Of a stretch of DNA of 64,000 nucleotides, positions 38,436 to 47,655 are shown piece after piece. The stretch comes from Ilumatobacteraceae bacterium (GTDB lineage: Bacteria > Actinomycetota > Acidimicrobiia > Acidimicrobiales > Ilumatobacteraceae). The translations under genes were made by a program, and so were the position numbers. Positions within the stretch are counted from its first letter, which is position 1. The number at the start of each line of letters is the position of its first letter. Under the pieces are notes generated by a model. That model was given only the letters and a program-made list of their open reading frames with translations, made no database searches and was not told the DNA's origin. The stretch covers positions 52,422-116,421 of the forward strand of contig CAVQBG010000024.1 in NCBI GenBank assembly GCA_963710625.1, read 5' to 3'.

Positions 38436-39239
38436 TCAGGTGACCGACAGTTCGTCGAGCATGCCTTGGCGGGTGCGGGCGAGGTCGCCGAGCACCGACG
38501 CCAGCGCGAACCCGCTCGATCGGCCGTCGATGGCCTCGAGCGCCGATGCGACCTCGCCGAGGGCATCGCAGCGCATGCGAGCGACCAGGTTCACCAGAAC
38601 CGCTCGGTGGGCGTGAGCGAGCAGCCCGTCCTCGATGGCTCCGGTGAGCTGGCGGGCGACCAGGCCGCCGTCGGCGTGCAGCAATGGTTCCAGGTCCGGC
38701 GGGATCGGCAACGGCGTCAGCTCGGCGATGTCCTCCTCCGACGGATCACGGTGCGCGCTCGCAGCGCCGCCGGCCGCGAGGTCGGGGATCAGCTCGACGA
38801 GCCACCCCGCGAGCGGTCCGCAGGCGATCTCGGCACGTGCTCGGCGCACGGGGTCACGTCGGTGGCGACGCAGCATCGCCGGAACCAGTTCCGGAGCCAC
38901 CCGCCACCCGTTGGTGATGAGCGTCAGCAGCCATTCGTCCTCGAGCACCGGCCACGACACCGTGATGTGATGCCACCGGTCGGCCGCGGCCGGAACGATG
39001 ACCGGGCGATCGTCGGCGGCCGGAGTCTGGAGCCGGGTCACCGGCGGCGCCGGTTGCACGCCGGCTCGCAGTACCGCAGTGCACGCCGCCACCTGGGCGA
39101 GCATCCGCTCCGACGGCGCGGCCCGCAGGGTGTCGTCGACCAGGTCGGCGAGCGGTCCCTCCGGCTCTGGCGGGTCGCGGCGGTCGGTGCCGAGCATCGC
39201 CGTGCTCACCAGCTCCCGCCAGTGCTCGGCCGTGCTCAT
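38436..39239 (-). CDS. Hypothetical protein (DUF5691-like)
   Basis: MSTAEHWRELVSTAMLGTDRR... Sits between the SWIM and AAA genes, as in other actinobacterial clusters (from memory). Confidence 0.6.
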   Translation of the reverse strand: MSTAEHWRELVSTAMLGTDRRDPPEPEGPLADLVDDTLRAAPSERMLAQVAACTAVLRAGVQPAPPVTRLQTPAADDRPVIVPAAADRWHHITVSWPVLEDEWLLTLITNGWRVAPELVPAMLRRHRRDPVRRARAEIACGPLAGWLVELIPDLAAGGAASAHRDPSEEDIAELTPLPIPPDLEPLLHADGGLVARQLTGAIEDGLLAHAHRAVLVNLVARMRCDALGEVASALEAIDGRSSGFALASVLGDLARTRQGMLDELSVT

Positions 39240-39336
39240 GCCACACCCCACCGGCGTTTGCGCGACATTTGCGGTGGGGCGGCCCACCGCAATCCCGACG
39301 CAAACGGAACGGGAAGGGGCGCAAGCTGGTGGATGG

Positions 39337-40761
39337 TCATGCGGCGCTCACGAAGGAGTCGTCGGCTCGAGGGCCGATGTCGATCGACCGGTCGGGCAGA
39401 TGGATGGCCAGCGGGATCACACCGTGCGACGTCCACTCCACCGTCACGTCGACCGGCGCGCCACCAGACACGGCGAGCAACGTGGCCATCGACGGCCCGG
39501 CGAGCACCGGCAGGCTCCCGGAGTCGTCGGTCAGCACCCAGGCCGATCCGGCCTGCGACACGGCGGCGCGCACCGTCACGGGCAACCGATCGAGCCATGG
39601 CTCGGCCACGAGCATCGAGCCGATCTCACCGCACGCTGCGGCGACGTCGACCGCCGGCGGGCGGGCCGGGGCCACCGGCCCGCCGTGGCGGAGCCCGACG
39701 AGCGCACGCAGCGCCGGGCCCGGGTAGCGGTGGAGATCCGCCGAGAGCGAGGTCCCGACGACGAGCGAGGTGTCGAGGCTCTGTCGGTACGCCGCGAACG
39801 AGAGCACCAGCGCCCAGCGGCCGGACGTCGCCCCTCGCAGCCAGTGTCGACGCACCTCGATGCGATCCTCGCGGGTGTCGCTGCGACCAGCGACGATCCA
39901 GTCGTCGGTGTCGGGGACGCCACCGAGCACGTCGGCCTGGCGGACCTGCCAGCCGACGGTGGTCGCCACCGTGTCCGCTGTCGGGCTCGGGAGCGATCCG
40001 AGGCGGCGCGCAGCCTGCGACAGCAGATGGAGCAGTCCGAGTTCCGCAAGGACGTCGCCGTGCCAGTCGGGCGACGCGCCGACGAGGCCCGCCAGCCGCC
40101 TGATCCGGTTGGCGAGACTTCCTGCCTGGGCGTCGACCAGGCGGGCGGCGAGCTGGTCCCACGTCGAGTACCGGGCGAGCGCCGGATCGGCGAGGCCGGT
40201 GCGCATCCGATCGTCGAGCCACCGATCGAGTTCGACGAGCCCGGCGAACATCCGCTCCACGCGCTCGTCGCGGGCACGGTCGCTGTCGGGCGGTGGCTCG
40301 TCGGCAGGCGGATCAGGCGCCTCGTCGGTGCTCGACGAGGCGCCGGGAGAACTCGATGCTTCCGGGCCTCCGGCGGTGTGGTCGTCGGAAGCCGTCGACG
40401 CATCGGACACCTCCGTGCCAACGGCAGTGTCGGAACGGGCGACGCGGGAGCTGATCCACGACTCGACGGCCGGCGGTGCGACGGCGTTCGGCACCTGCCC
40501 GTTCGCCCACAGCAGCAACAGCCCGAGCGCATGCTTGCACGGACGGCGACGACTCGGACACGTGCACGAGGAGCCGACACCGACGTGGTCGACCATCGTG
40601 TCGTAGGGCTCGGCACCACTCCCCCGACACACGCCCCACACCACCCGGTCGTCGGCGCCGAGCGAGCCCCACCGCGTCAGCGACACCAACGGTCGGGCAG
40701 CGGTCAGCGCCGCCGGTGTCGGCGCGATCGCCTCGACCTGCTCCACCGACCACGTCGCCAT
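39337..40761 (-). CDS. SWIM zinc-finger protein (YehQ-like)
   Basis: SWIM CxCx(n)CxH: SCTCPSRRRPCKHALGLLLLW. Confidence 0.8.
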   Translation of the reverse strand: MATWSVEQVEAIAPTPAALTAARPLVSLTRWGSLGADDRVVWGVCRGSGAEPYDTMVDHVGVGSSCTCPSRRRPCKHALGLLLLWANGQVPNAVAPPAVESWISSRVARSDTAVGTEVSDASTASDDHTAGGPEASSSPGASSSTDEAPDPPADEPPPDSDRARDERVERMFAGLVELDRWLDDRMRTGLADPALARYSTWDQLAARLVDAQAGSLANRIRRLAGLVGASPDWHGDVLAELGLLHLLSQAARRLGSLPSPTADTVATTVGWQVRQADVLGGVPDTDDWIVAGRSDTREDRIEVRRHWLRGATSGRWALVLSFAAYRQSLDTSLVVGTSLSADLHRYPGPALRALVGLRHGGPVAPARPPAVDVAAACGEIGSMLVAEPWLDRLPVTVRAAVSQAGSAWVLTDDSGSLPVLAGPSMATLLAVSGGAPVDVTVEWTSHGVIPLAIHLPDRSIDIGPRADDSFVSAA

Positions 40762-40817
40762 GCGGCGATGGTACCGACGGGGTGTGTCAGGCCGCCGACG
40801 GCGGTTGCCGGATCCGC

Positions 40818-42503
40818 TCAGCGGAGGGCGCCCACCGTGACCGGCTGGGAGGTCACGGAGTCGGCAGCGGACTTCGCGTGATAGCTCGAGCGGGTCAGCG
40901 GGCTCGCCTCGACGTGGCCGACGCCGAACGCCTCGCCGAGCCGCTTCCAGCGCACGAACTCGGTGGGATCGGCGTACCGGTCGATCGGGAGGTGATTCGA
41001 CGTCGGGCGCAGGTACTGGCCGATCGTGACGATGTCGACGCCGACATCCGCGAGATCGGCGAGCAGACCGACGATCTCGTCGTCGGTCTCGCCCAGGCCG
41101 ACCATGAACCCGGTCTTGGTGGTCAACCCCGCCGCCTTCGCCCGGGCGAGCACGCCGAGTGAGCGGGCGTACCCGGCGGACGGGCGCACCGCCCGCTGCA
41201 GCCGGGCGACCGTTTCGACGTTGTGGTTGAGCACGTCCGGTCGCACACGGAACAACACGTCGAGCGCGGCGTCGTCACCCTTGGCGTCGGAGATCAACGT
41301 CTCGACCTGTGTGCGCGGCCGCCGGAGCCTGATCGCCTCGACGCAGTCGGCGACGTGGGCCATTCCACCGTCGGCGAGATCGTCACGGGCGACCATCGTC
41401 AGCACGGCATGGTCGAGGTCCATCCGGTCGATCGCCTCGGCGACGCGGTCGGGTTCGTCGACGGCGGGGGCCAGCGGTCTGCTCGTGTCGACGAGACAGA
41501 ACCCGCATGCACGGGTGCACCGCTCGCCCAGCACCATGAACGTCGCGGTGCCGTCGCTCCAGCACTCCGACAGGTTCGGACAGCCGGCGTCCTCGCAGAC
41601 GGTGACGAGGCCGAGTTCGCGGATCGTCCTGCGCAGCGACGTGACCCCCTCGCCGAGTTCCACCTTGGGCCGCAGCCAGTCGGGCTTGCGCGTCTCGATC
41701 GACAGTCCGTTCGTGACGCCGGCGGCCTCGAGGCGTGCAGCAGCCCGATCCGAGACCAGCTTGACCTGTTCGCCGGGACCCTCGCCGCGGGAGAACGCCG
41801 AGAGGTCGCGGCCGTCGGCGGCATGGCGCCACGCGACGTCCTGACGCTCGATCGCACCGTCAGCCCACCGCTCGGCGGCGAGCCGCGCGACGACGTCGAC
41901 CACCTCGCGCATCGTGACCTCGATGCCCTCCTCGGCGAGCGACGTGACCGGCTTGTCGCCGATTCCACACGGCACGATGTGTTCGCGCAGGTAGTCCATG
42001 TCGGTCGTGACGTTGAGGGCGAAGCCGTGCATCGTTCGACCGTTGGCGAGGCGTACCCCGATCGCGCAGATCTTGCGGGGGCTCACCTCCGGGTCGGGGT
42101 GGCCGACGTCGACCCACACGCCGGCAAAGCCGTCGAGTCGACCGGCGTTCGGAAGCCCGAGTTCGGCGAGGGCGTCGATGATCAGGCCCTCGACGTTGCA
42201 CACGTGCGCCGAGGCGCCGAGGCGGTTGTCGACGTTGACGATCGGGTAGCCGACGAGCTGACCCGGGCCGTGGTAGGTGATGTCACCGCCGCGCTTGACC
42301 GCGACCAGTTCAGCGCCGACAGCGGCCGGTTCGCAGCGCAGGTTGGCGGCCAGATCGGCCCGGGCACCGTGCGTGAAGACGTGCGGGTGTTCGAGCAGCA
42401 ACAGGTGTTGCCCATCGCCGTGCTCGAACAGCGACGTCTGCACCGCGAGCGCCTCGCGGTACGGCACACGCCCCAGCCAGCGGACGCGCAGCGGTTCGAC
42501 CAC
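40818..42503 (-). CDS. lipB-lipA: Octanoyltransferase LipB fused in-frame to lipoyl synthase LipA
   Basis: N-terminus LLLLEHPHVFTHGARAD...KRGGDITYHGPGQLVGYP...KICAIGV. C-terminus RKPDWLRPK...VCEDAGCPNLSECW...CTRACGFCLVDT. No stop codon between the two parts. Confidence 0.85.
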   Translation of the reverse strand: MVEPLRVRWLGRVPYREALAVQTSLFEHGDGQHLLLLEHPHVFTHGARADLAANLRCEPAAVGAELVAVKRGGDITYHGPGQLVGYPIVNVDNRLGASAHVCNVEGLIIDALAELGLPNAGRLDGFAGVWVDVGHPDPEVSPRKICAIGVRLANGRTMHGFALNVTTDMDYLREHIVPCGIGDKPVTSLAEEGIEVTMREVVDVVARLAAERWADGAIERQDVAWRHAADGRDLSAFSRGEGPGEQVKLVSDRAAARLEAAGVTNGLSIETRKPDWLRPKVELGEGVTSLRRTIRELGLVTVCEDAGCPNLSECWSDGTATFMVLGERCTRACGFCLVDTSRPLAPAVDEPDRVAEAIDRMDLDHAVLTMVARDDLADGGMAHVADCVEAIRLRRPRTQVETLISDAKGDDAALDVLFRVRPDVLNHNVETVARLQRAVRPSAGYARSLGVLARAKAAGLTTKTGFMVGLGETDDEIVGLLADLADVGVDIVTIGQYLRPTSNHLPIDRYADPTEFVRWKRLGEAFGVGHVEASPLTRSSYHAKSAADSVTSQPVTVGALR

Positions 42504-42520
42504 GGGACGGGCCGAGCTCG

Positions 42521-43942
42521 TCAGAGCTCGGTGGACCAGTCCTTCGTCTCGAGGATCTCCTTGACCCGCTTCAGGAACCCGGCGGCGTAGGCACCGTCGA
42601 AGGCCCGATGGTCCCAGCTCATCGCCAGGTTGCCGACCGGGTGGATCGCGATCGCCTCGCCGCCATCGGGGCCGCTGGTGACCACCGGCTTGCGCACGAT
42701 GGCATCGGTGGAGATGATGGCCACCTGCGGCTGGTTGATGATCGGCATCGTGAGCACCGAGCCGGCAGAGCCGTTGTTGGTGATCGTGAAGGTGCCGCCC
42801 GAGATCTGGTCGGGGCTGAGCTTGCGCTTGCGGGCCCGGTCGGCGAGATCGGAGATCTCGGTGGCGATCGCCCCGAGCCGTTTCGTCTCGGCGTCACGGA
42901 TGACCGGCGCCAGCAGGCCTTCGTACTCGAGGTCGACGGCGATGCCGAGGTCGATGAAGTTGTGGACGACGAGGTCGTTGCCGCCGACGCTGGCGTTGAG
43001 GTGGGGGAACTCGCGGAGCCCGTCGATCACGGCGCGGGCGATGAACGGCAGGTAGGTGAGGCTGAAGCCATGGCTCGCCTTCCACTCGGACTTGACCGGG
43101 CCACGGACGACGTCGACGTTCGCGAAGTCGACCTCCACGACGCTGAACGCATGGGGGCTCGTGGCCTTGCTCATCACCATGTGATCACCGGTGAGCCGAC
43201 GGATCTTCGACAGCGGGACCACGCTGTCACGCTCACCGGCGCTGACGGGCGCAGCGGCAGCGACCGCCGGTGCAGGAGCTGCAGCTGCCGGTGCGGGTGA
43301 GGCGGGGGCCGGAGCGGCGACGGGCGCCTGAGGAACCGTGGGGGCCGGAGCCGGGGCGGGTGCGGGTGCGGGTGCCGCGGACCCGTCCTGGCGGCCGGCA
43401 CCGGTGACATCGATGTGGTCGAGAACGTCGTCGCGGGTGATTCGACCGCCCGGGCCGGTGCCCGTGATCGCGTCGGGGTCGAGCCCGTGCTCGTTCACGA
43501 GGCGTCGGACCACCGGTGACAGCAGCCGGTTGTCGCCGGCCGCCGCTGTCTCCGGAGCCGCAGGCGCTGGAGCGGGTGGCGGGGGTACGGATGCCGCGGG
43601 CGGCGCTTCCGGGGCGGGCGCCGGAGCTGGAGCGGCGACCGGAGCAGGTTCGGGCGCCGGCGCAGGTTCGGCAGCCGGAGCAGGTTCGGCAGCCGGCGTC
43701 GCGCCGTCGGCATCGCCGACGACGGCGATCACGGTGCCGACATCCACGGTGTCACCCTCCTGCACGCGGATCTCCGTGAGGACTCCCGACACCGGTGACG
43801 GGACCTCGGTGTCGACCTTGTCGGTCGACACCTCGAACAACGGCTCATCGACGGCGACGGTGTCGCCGACGTTCTTGAACCACTGGGTGATCGTGCCTTC
43901 GGTGACCGTTTCACCGAGCTGTGGGAGCGTGACGTCTGCCAT
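42521..43942 (-). CDS. Dihydrolipoamide acyltransferase (E2) of a 2-oxoacid dehydrogenase complex
   Basis: Lipoyl domain LFEVSTDKVDTEVPSP, PSBD LLSPVVRRLVNEHGLDPD, catalytic WDHRAFDG, Ala/Pro linkers. Confidence 0.9.
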   Translation of the reverse strand: MADVTLPQLGETVTEGTITQWFKNVGDTVAVDEPLFEVSTDKVDTEVPSPVSGVLTEIRVQEGDTVDVGTVIAVVGDADGATPAAEPAPAAEPAPAPEPAPVAAPAPAPAPEAPPAASVPPPPAPAPAAPETAAAGDNRLLSPVVRRLVNEHGLDPDAITGTGPGGRITRDDVLDHIDVTGAGRQDGSAAPAPAPAPAPAPTVPQAPVAAPAPASPAPAAAAPAPAVAAAAPVSAGERDSVVPLSKIRRLTGDHMVMSKATSPHAFSVVEVDFANVDVVRGPVKSEWKASHGFSLTYLPFIARAVIDGLREFPHLNASVGGNDLVVHNFIDLGIAVDLEYEGLLAPVIRDAETKRLGAIATEISDLADRARKRKLSPDQISGGTFTITNNGSAGSVLTMPIINQPQVAIISTDAIVRKPVVTSGPDGGEAIAIHPVGNLAMSWDHRAFDGAYAAGFLKRVKEILETKDWSTEL

Positions 43943-43991
43943 GGGTCTGGGTTCCTTCGCGGGTTCGTTCGGATCGGTTGGCTGCTGGTGG

Positions 43992-45395
43992 CTAGCCGTT
44001 GAAGTTGCGGCCGGTGAGTGACATGACGGTCTCCCCGAACAGTTCGGAGAGACTCGGGTGGGGCTGGATGAACTCGGCGATCTCGTCGACCGTCGCCTCC
44101 CAGTTGACGGCCAGGTAGCCGCCGCTGAGCTGCTCGGTCACCCACGGACCCACCATGTGCACGCCGAGCACCTGGCCGGCGGAGCCGTCGGCGTTGCGCT
44201 TTGCGATGATCTTCACGAGGCCCTCGGTCTCGCCCACGATCTGCGCACGACTGTTGAACTTGAACGGGTGCTTGGCGACGACGACGTCGTGCCCGGCAGC
44301 CCTGGCCTGCTCCTCGTCGGGGCCGGCCCACGCAACCTCTGGGTGGCAGTAGATCGCCCACGGCACCCGGTCGTACATCACGGGCATCGGTGATTCGCCG
44401 AGCAGGTGCTTGATGACGAGGATCGCTTCGGCGTAGGCGACGTGAGCGAGCTGCGGGGTCGCGATCAGATCGCCGACTGCGTACACACCGGGCTCGCCGG
44501 TGCGGCAGTACTCGTCGACGACGACGAACCCGCGCTCGTCGACGACCACGCCGGTGCCCTGGAGTCCGAGCTGGTCGGCGAACGGACGGCGCCCGACCGA
44601 CACCACGACGGCGTCGACCTCGACGGACTCGTCGTCACCGAACGACACGGTCGTTCCGCCGGAACCGTTCGGTGTGTGGCCCTTCACCATCACGCCGGTG
44701 CGAATCGAGATCTTCTTCTTCTTGAACGACTTCTCCACGACCTTGGCGAGGTCGGCATCCAGGCCGGGAAGGATCTTCGGGAGGCCCTCCAGGATCGTCA
44801 CCTCGGACCCGAGGTCGGCGAACGTCGACGCGAACTCGCACCCGATCGCACCGCCACCGATCACGACGACCCGTGCAGGGACGTGGTCGAGGTCGAGGAC
44901 CTCGTCGCTGGTCATGATCGGCCCGCCCCGCTCGAAGCCGGGGATCAGGCGCGGGACCGAGCCGGCGGCCAGCATCACCGAATCGCCCGTGACGACGGCG
45001 GTCGACCCGTCGGCCATCACCACGCTCACGGAACGACCGGCGCCGAGTTGGCCGACACCGTTGAACACCTCGACCTTGCGGCCCTTGCACATCGCTCCGA
45101 TGCCCTTCACCAGGCCGTCGACGATGCCCTGCTTGCGCTGCTGCGTGCGGGCGAAGTTGACCGAAGCCGGAGCACCGGCGTCGATGCCGAAGTCGGCGGC
45201 GTGATCGACGTGACGCTTCACGGCGGCGGTCTCGAGGAACGCCTTCGCCGGGATGCAGCCACGGTTGAGGCAGGTCCCGCCGAGCGCATCCTTCTCCACG
45301 AGGGCGACGCGCAAGCCGGCCGACGCGCCGTACAGCGCCGCCGAATAGCCGCCCGGGCCCCCACCAATCACCACCAGATCGAATTGGTCACTCAC
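43992..45395 (-). CDS. lpd: Dihydrolipoyl dehydrogenase (E3)
   Basis: FDLVVIGGGPGGYSAA...GGTCLNRGCIPAK. GTG start chosen at 45395. Confidence 0.9.
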   Translation of the reverse strand: MSDQFDLVVIGGGPGGYSAALYGASAGLRVALVEKDALGGTCLNRGCIPAKAFLETAAVKRHVDHAADFGIDAGAPASVNFARTQQRKQGIVDGLVKGIGAMCKGRKVEVFNGVGQLGAGRSVSVVMADGSTAVVTGDSVMLAAGSVPRLIPGFERGGPIMTSDEVLDLDHVPARVVVIGGGAIGCEFASTFADLGSEVTILEGLPKILPGLDADLAKVVEKSFKKKKISIRTGVMVKGHTPNGSGGTTVSFGDDESVEVDAVVVSVGRRPFADQLGLQGTGVVVDERGFVVVDEYCRTGEPGVYAVGDLIATPQLAHVAYAEAILVIKHLLGESPMPVMYDRVPWAIYCHPEVAWAGPDEEQARAAGHDVVVAKHPFKFNSRAQIVGETEGLVKIIAKRNADGSAGQVLGVHMVGPWVTEQLSGGYLAVNWEATVDEIAEFIQPHPSLSELFGETVMSLTGRNFNG

Positions 45396-45495
45396 CCGTC
45401 TCACCGTAGCGCCGGATTCGATGGCTCGTGATCGACCGGACCGGTGGACCCACCGACCGCGGCCACGCCACGACGCCGCGCCGTCCACGCACCCG

Positions 45496-45921
45496 TCACG
45501 GCTCCGACAGCACCCAGTTGCGCTGCTCGTCGCCCCGGCGCAGGATCAGCACGCGGCTCGATCCCTCGGCCCCACTGACGTCGAAATCGAGCCGGCATCG
45601 CTGCGGCGCCTCGGTGATCTCGGTGCACCGACCGTCCGCCGGGGCGCCGAGCGGGTCGAGCCGGCGGTCGCCGGTGACCAACACGAAGCTGTCGACCGAG
45701 TCGTCGACGCCGCCCACCTCGACGTCGACCCCGAGGAGCGTCGCGGTCTCGCTGACTCCCACGACCGTCACGCCGACGTCGCCCACCGACACCGCCTCAC
45801 CGACGACCGCCGGCTCGACCGAGGCGGTCTCGTTGGAGAGTTGGAACAGGAAGACACCACCCGCGAGCAGGATGGCGAGGCCCACGCCAACCGAGAGCAG
45901 CAGCAGCGTGCGGGTCTTCAT
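45496..45921 (-). CDS. Small membrane-anchored hypothetical protein
   Basis: N-terminal TM LLLLSVGVGLAILLAGGVFLF, coding-like composition. Confidence 0.55.
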   Translation of the reverse strand: MKTRTLLLLSVGVGLAILLAGGVFLFQLSNETASVEPAVVGEAVSVGDVGVTVVGVSETATLLGVDVEVGGVDDSVDSFVLVTGDRRLDPLGAPADGRCTEITEAPQRCRLDFDVSGAEGSSRVLILRRGDEQRNWVLSEP

Positions 45922-46005
45922 CGGCGTTGCAGCCTAGGAGAACGTTTCGGAAACGTCCTCGGGCACGACGTGCCCGATCGTCACCGATTCGGTACCTTCG
46001 GGTCG

Positions 46006-46671
46006 GTGACTCCCCCCACGACGACCCGCAGACGCCGCCACCTGACCGTCGGCGCGGTCGCACTCGCGCTGGTGGTCTCGGCGTGCTCGTCCACCGACGA
46101 CAGCACCGGCGCCGATGTCACCGCCGTCCCCGAGGCCCCGACCGCCACCGAGCCGACCGACGCTCCTGCGGAGACGCCCGATCCCTCCGTCGCCGAGCCG
46201 ACCGAGGAAACCGCGACCCAGCAGAGCACGGCCGCCACCGGCACCGAGGCCACCGAACCCGACGTGGTCGTCCCCGAAGCCCTCCGGTTCACCGCACCGC
46301 TGGTCGGTGGCGGCGAGTTCGACGGTGCGGCGTACGCCGGCAAACCGACGGTGTTCTGGTTCTGGGCGCCCACTTGAAGCGTGTGCAACCGTGAAGCCCC
46401 CTCGGTCGAGGAGGCAGCAGTGAAGTTCCAGGATTCCGCCAACTTCGTCGGTGTGGCATGGACCGGCAGCGACGACTCGTTCCAGGGGTTCATCGACAAG
46501 CACGGGCTCACGTTCCCGCAGATCAGCGACGACCCCGGCGACGTGTTCGACCGGTTCGGCGTCTCGTACCAGCCCGCGCTCATCGTGGTGAAGACCGACG
46601 GCTCGACCGAACTGGTCGCAGGAGCCGTCGACGGCGATCTGCTCGACCAGATCATCTCCGAAGCCGCGTGA
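46006..46671 (+). CDS. TlpA/ResA-like thiol:disulfide oxidoreductase lipoprotein with in-frame TGA (46375-46377) at the first Cys of CxxC; candidate selenoprotein
   Basis: Reading through joins ...GKPTVFWFWAPT-[TGA]-SVCNREAPSVEE..., which aligns with the canonical FWAsWCxxCxxEaP. Lipobox LVVSAC after an RRRR n-region. GC hairpin at 46396-46415. Confidence 0.55.
46396..46415 (+). other. Candidate bacterial SECIS hairpin
   Basis: GCCCCCUC-GGUC-GAGGAGGC: about 8 bp with one bulge. The apical loop contains G and U, about 29 nt downstream of the UGA. Confidence 0.4.
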
Positions 46672-46748
46672 GCCGGCTCGGCACCGACCGCACACGCTGA
46701 CCCTGCTCGGTCGAGCCGATCGGCCGGAACGGTCCTACGCTCGGGGAC

Positions 46749-47645
46749 ATGCGCGTCGCCATCACCGGATCCACGGGCCTCATCGGCTCGGCCCTGCAAC
46801 CCCATCTCGAGTCGCTCGGCCACGAGGTGATCCGCGTCGTTCGCGGCAACCCGTCGGGCACCGACATCGTGTGGTCGCCGGCGGAGTGCCGGATCGACAC
46901 GCACGCCCTCGACGGCATCGACGCGGTGGTGCACCTCGCCGGCGCGGGGATCGGCGACAAGCGGTGGACCGACGACTACAAGCGTGAACTGCTCGAGAGC
47001 CGCACCAAGGGCACCACCTTGATCTCCGAGGCAATCGCCGCGGCCGACGACGGCCCGACGGTGTTCCTCTCCGGCTCGGCGATCGGCATCTACGGCGCTC
47101 GCGGCGACGAGGAGCTCGACGAGACGTCGACGCCGGGCACCGGCTTCCTCGCCGACATCTGTGTCCAGTGGGAACAGGCGACGGGGATGGCCGAGGCCGC
47201 AGGTGTTCGCGTCGTCCATCTGCGAACCGGCATCGTGTTGTCAGCGAAGGGTGGCGCGCTCAAGAAGCAGCTGCCGCTGTTCAAGTTCGGACTCGGCGGA
47301 AAGATGGGCGGCGGCCGGCAGTGGCAGAGCTGGATCTCGATCGACGACGAAGTGGCCGCGATCGCACATCTCCTCACGTCCGAGACCTCCGGCGCCGTCA
47401 ACCTCACGGCGCCGAACCCGGTGACCAACGCCGAGTTCACCGACACGCTCGGTGAGGTGCTGCACCGCCCGACGTTCCTCCCGATCCCGAAGTTCGGCCC
47501 AAAGCTCCTGCTCGGTGGTGAGCTCGCGGACAACCTGCTGTTCTCCGGCCAGAAGGTGTACCCCCGCGTGCTCGAGGCCGATGCCGGGTTCAGCTTCCAG
47601 CACCCCGACCTCCCGACGGCGCTGAGCGCGCTCCTGGCCAAGTGA
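46749..47645 (+). CDS. TIGR01777/YfcH-type SDR epimerase family protein
   Basis: MRVAITGSTGLIGSAL, plus a C-terminal DUF1731-like region. Confidence 0.8.
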   Translation: MRVAITGSTGLIGSALQPHLESLGHEVIRVVRGNPSGTDIVWSPAECRIDTHALDGIDAVVHLAGAGIGDKRWTDDYKRELLESRTKGTTLISEAIAAADDGPTVFLSGSAIGIYGARGDEELDETSTPGTGFLADICVQWEQATGMAEAAGVRVVHLRTGIVLSAKGGALKKQLPLFKFGLGGKMGGGRQWQSWISIDDEVAAIAHLLTSETSGAVNLTAPNPVTNAEFTDTLGEVLHRPTFLPIPKFGPKLLLGGELADNLLFSGQKVYPRVLEADAGFSFQHPDLPTALSALLAK

Positions 47646-47655
47646 CGAACGGGCG

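Noticed and set aside
45421-46005. Upstream part of ORF 45421-46377.
   Set aside because: This part overlaps the minus-strand membrane-protein gene (45496-45921) and has non-protein-like composition. Signal-peptide/lipobox logic supports a start at GTG 46006.
46381-46671. Stand-alone 96-aa ORF starting at GTG 46381.
   Set aside because: It is in frame with, and only 6 nt beyond, the TGA of the upstream lipoprotein ORF. It would begin in the middle of the thioredoxin-fold CxxC motif, so I merged it into one recoded (or nonsense-mutated) gene.
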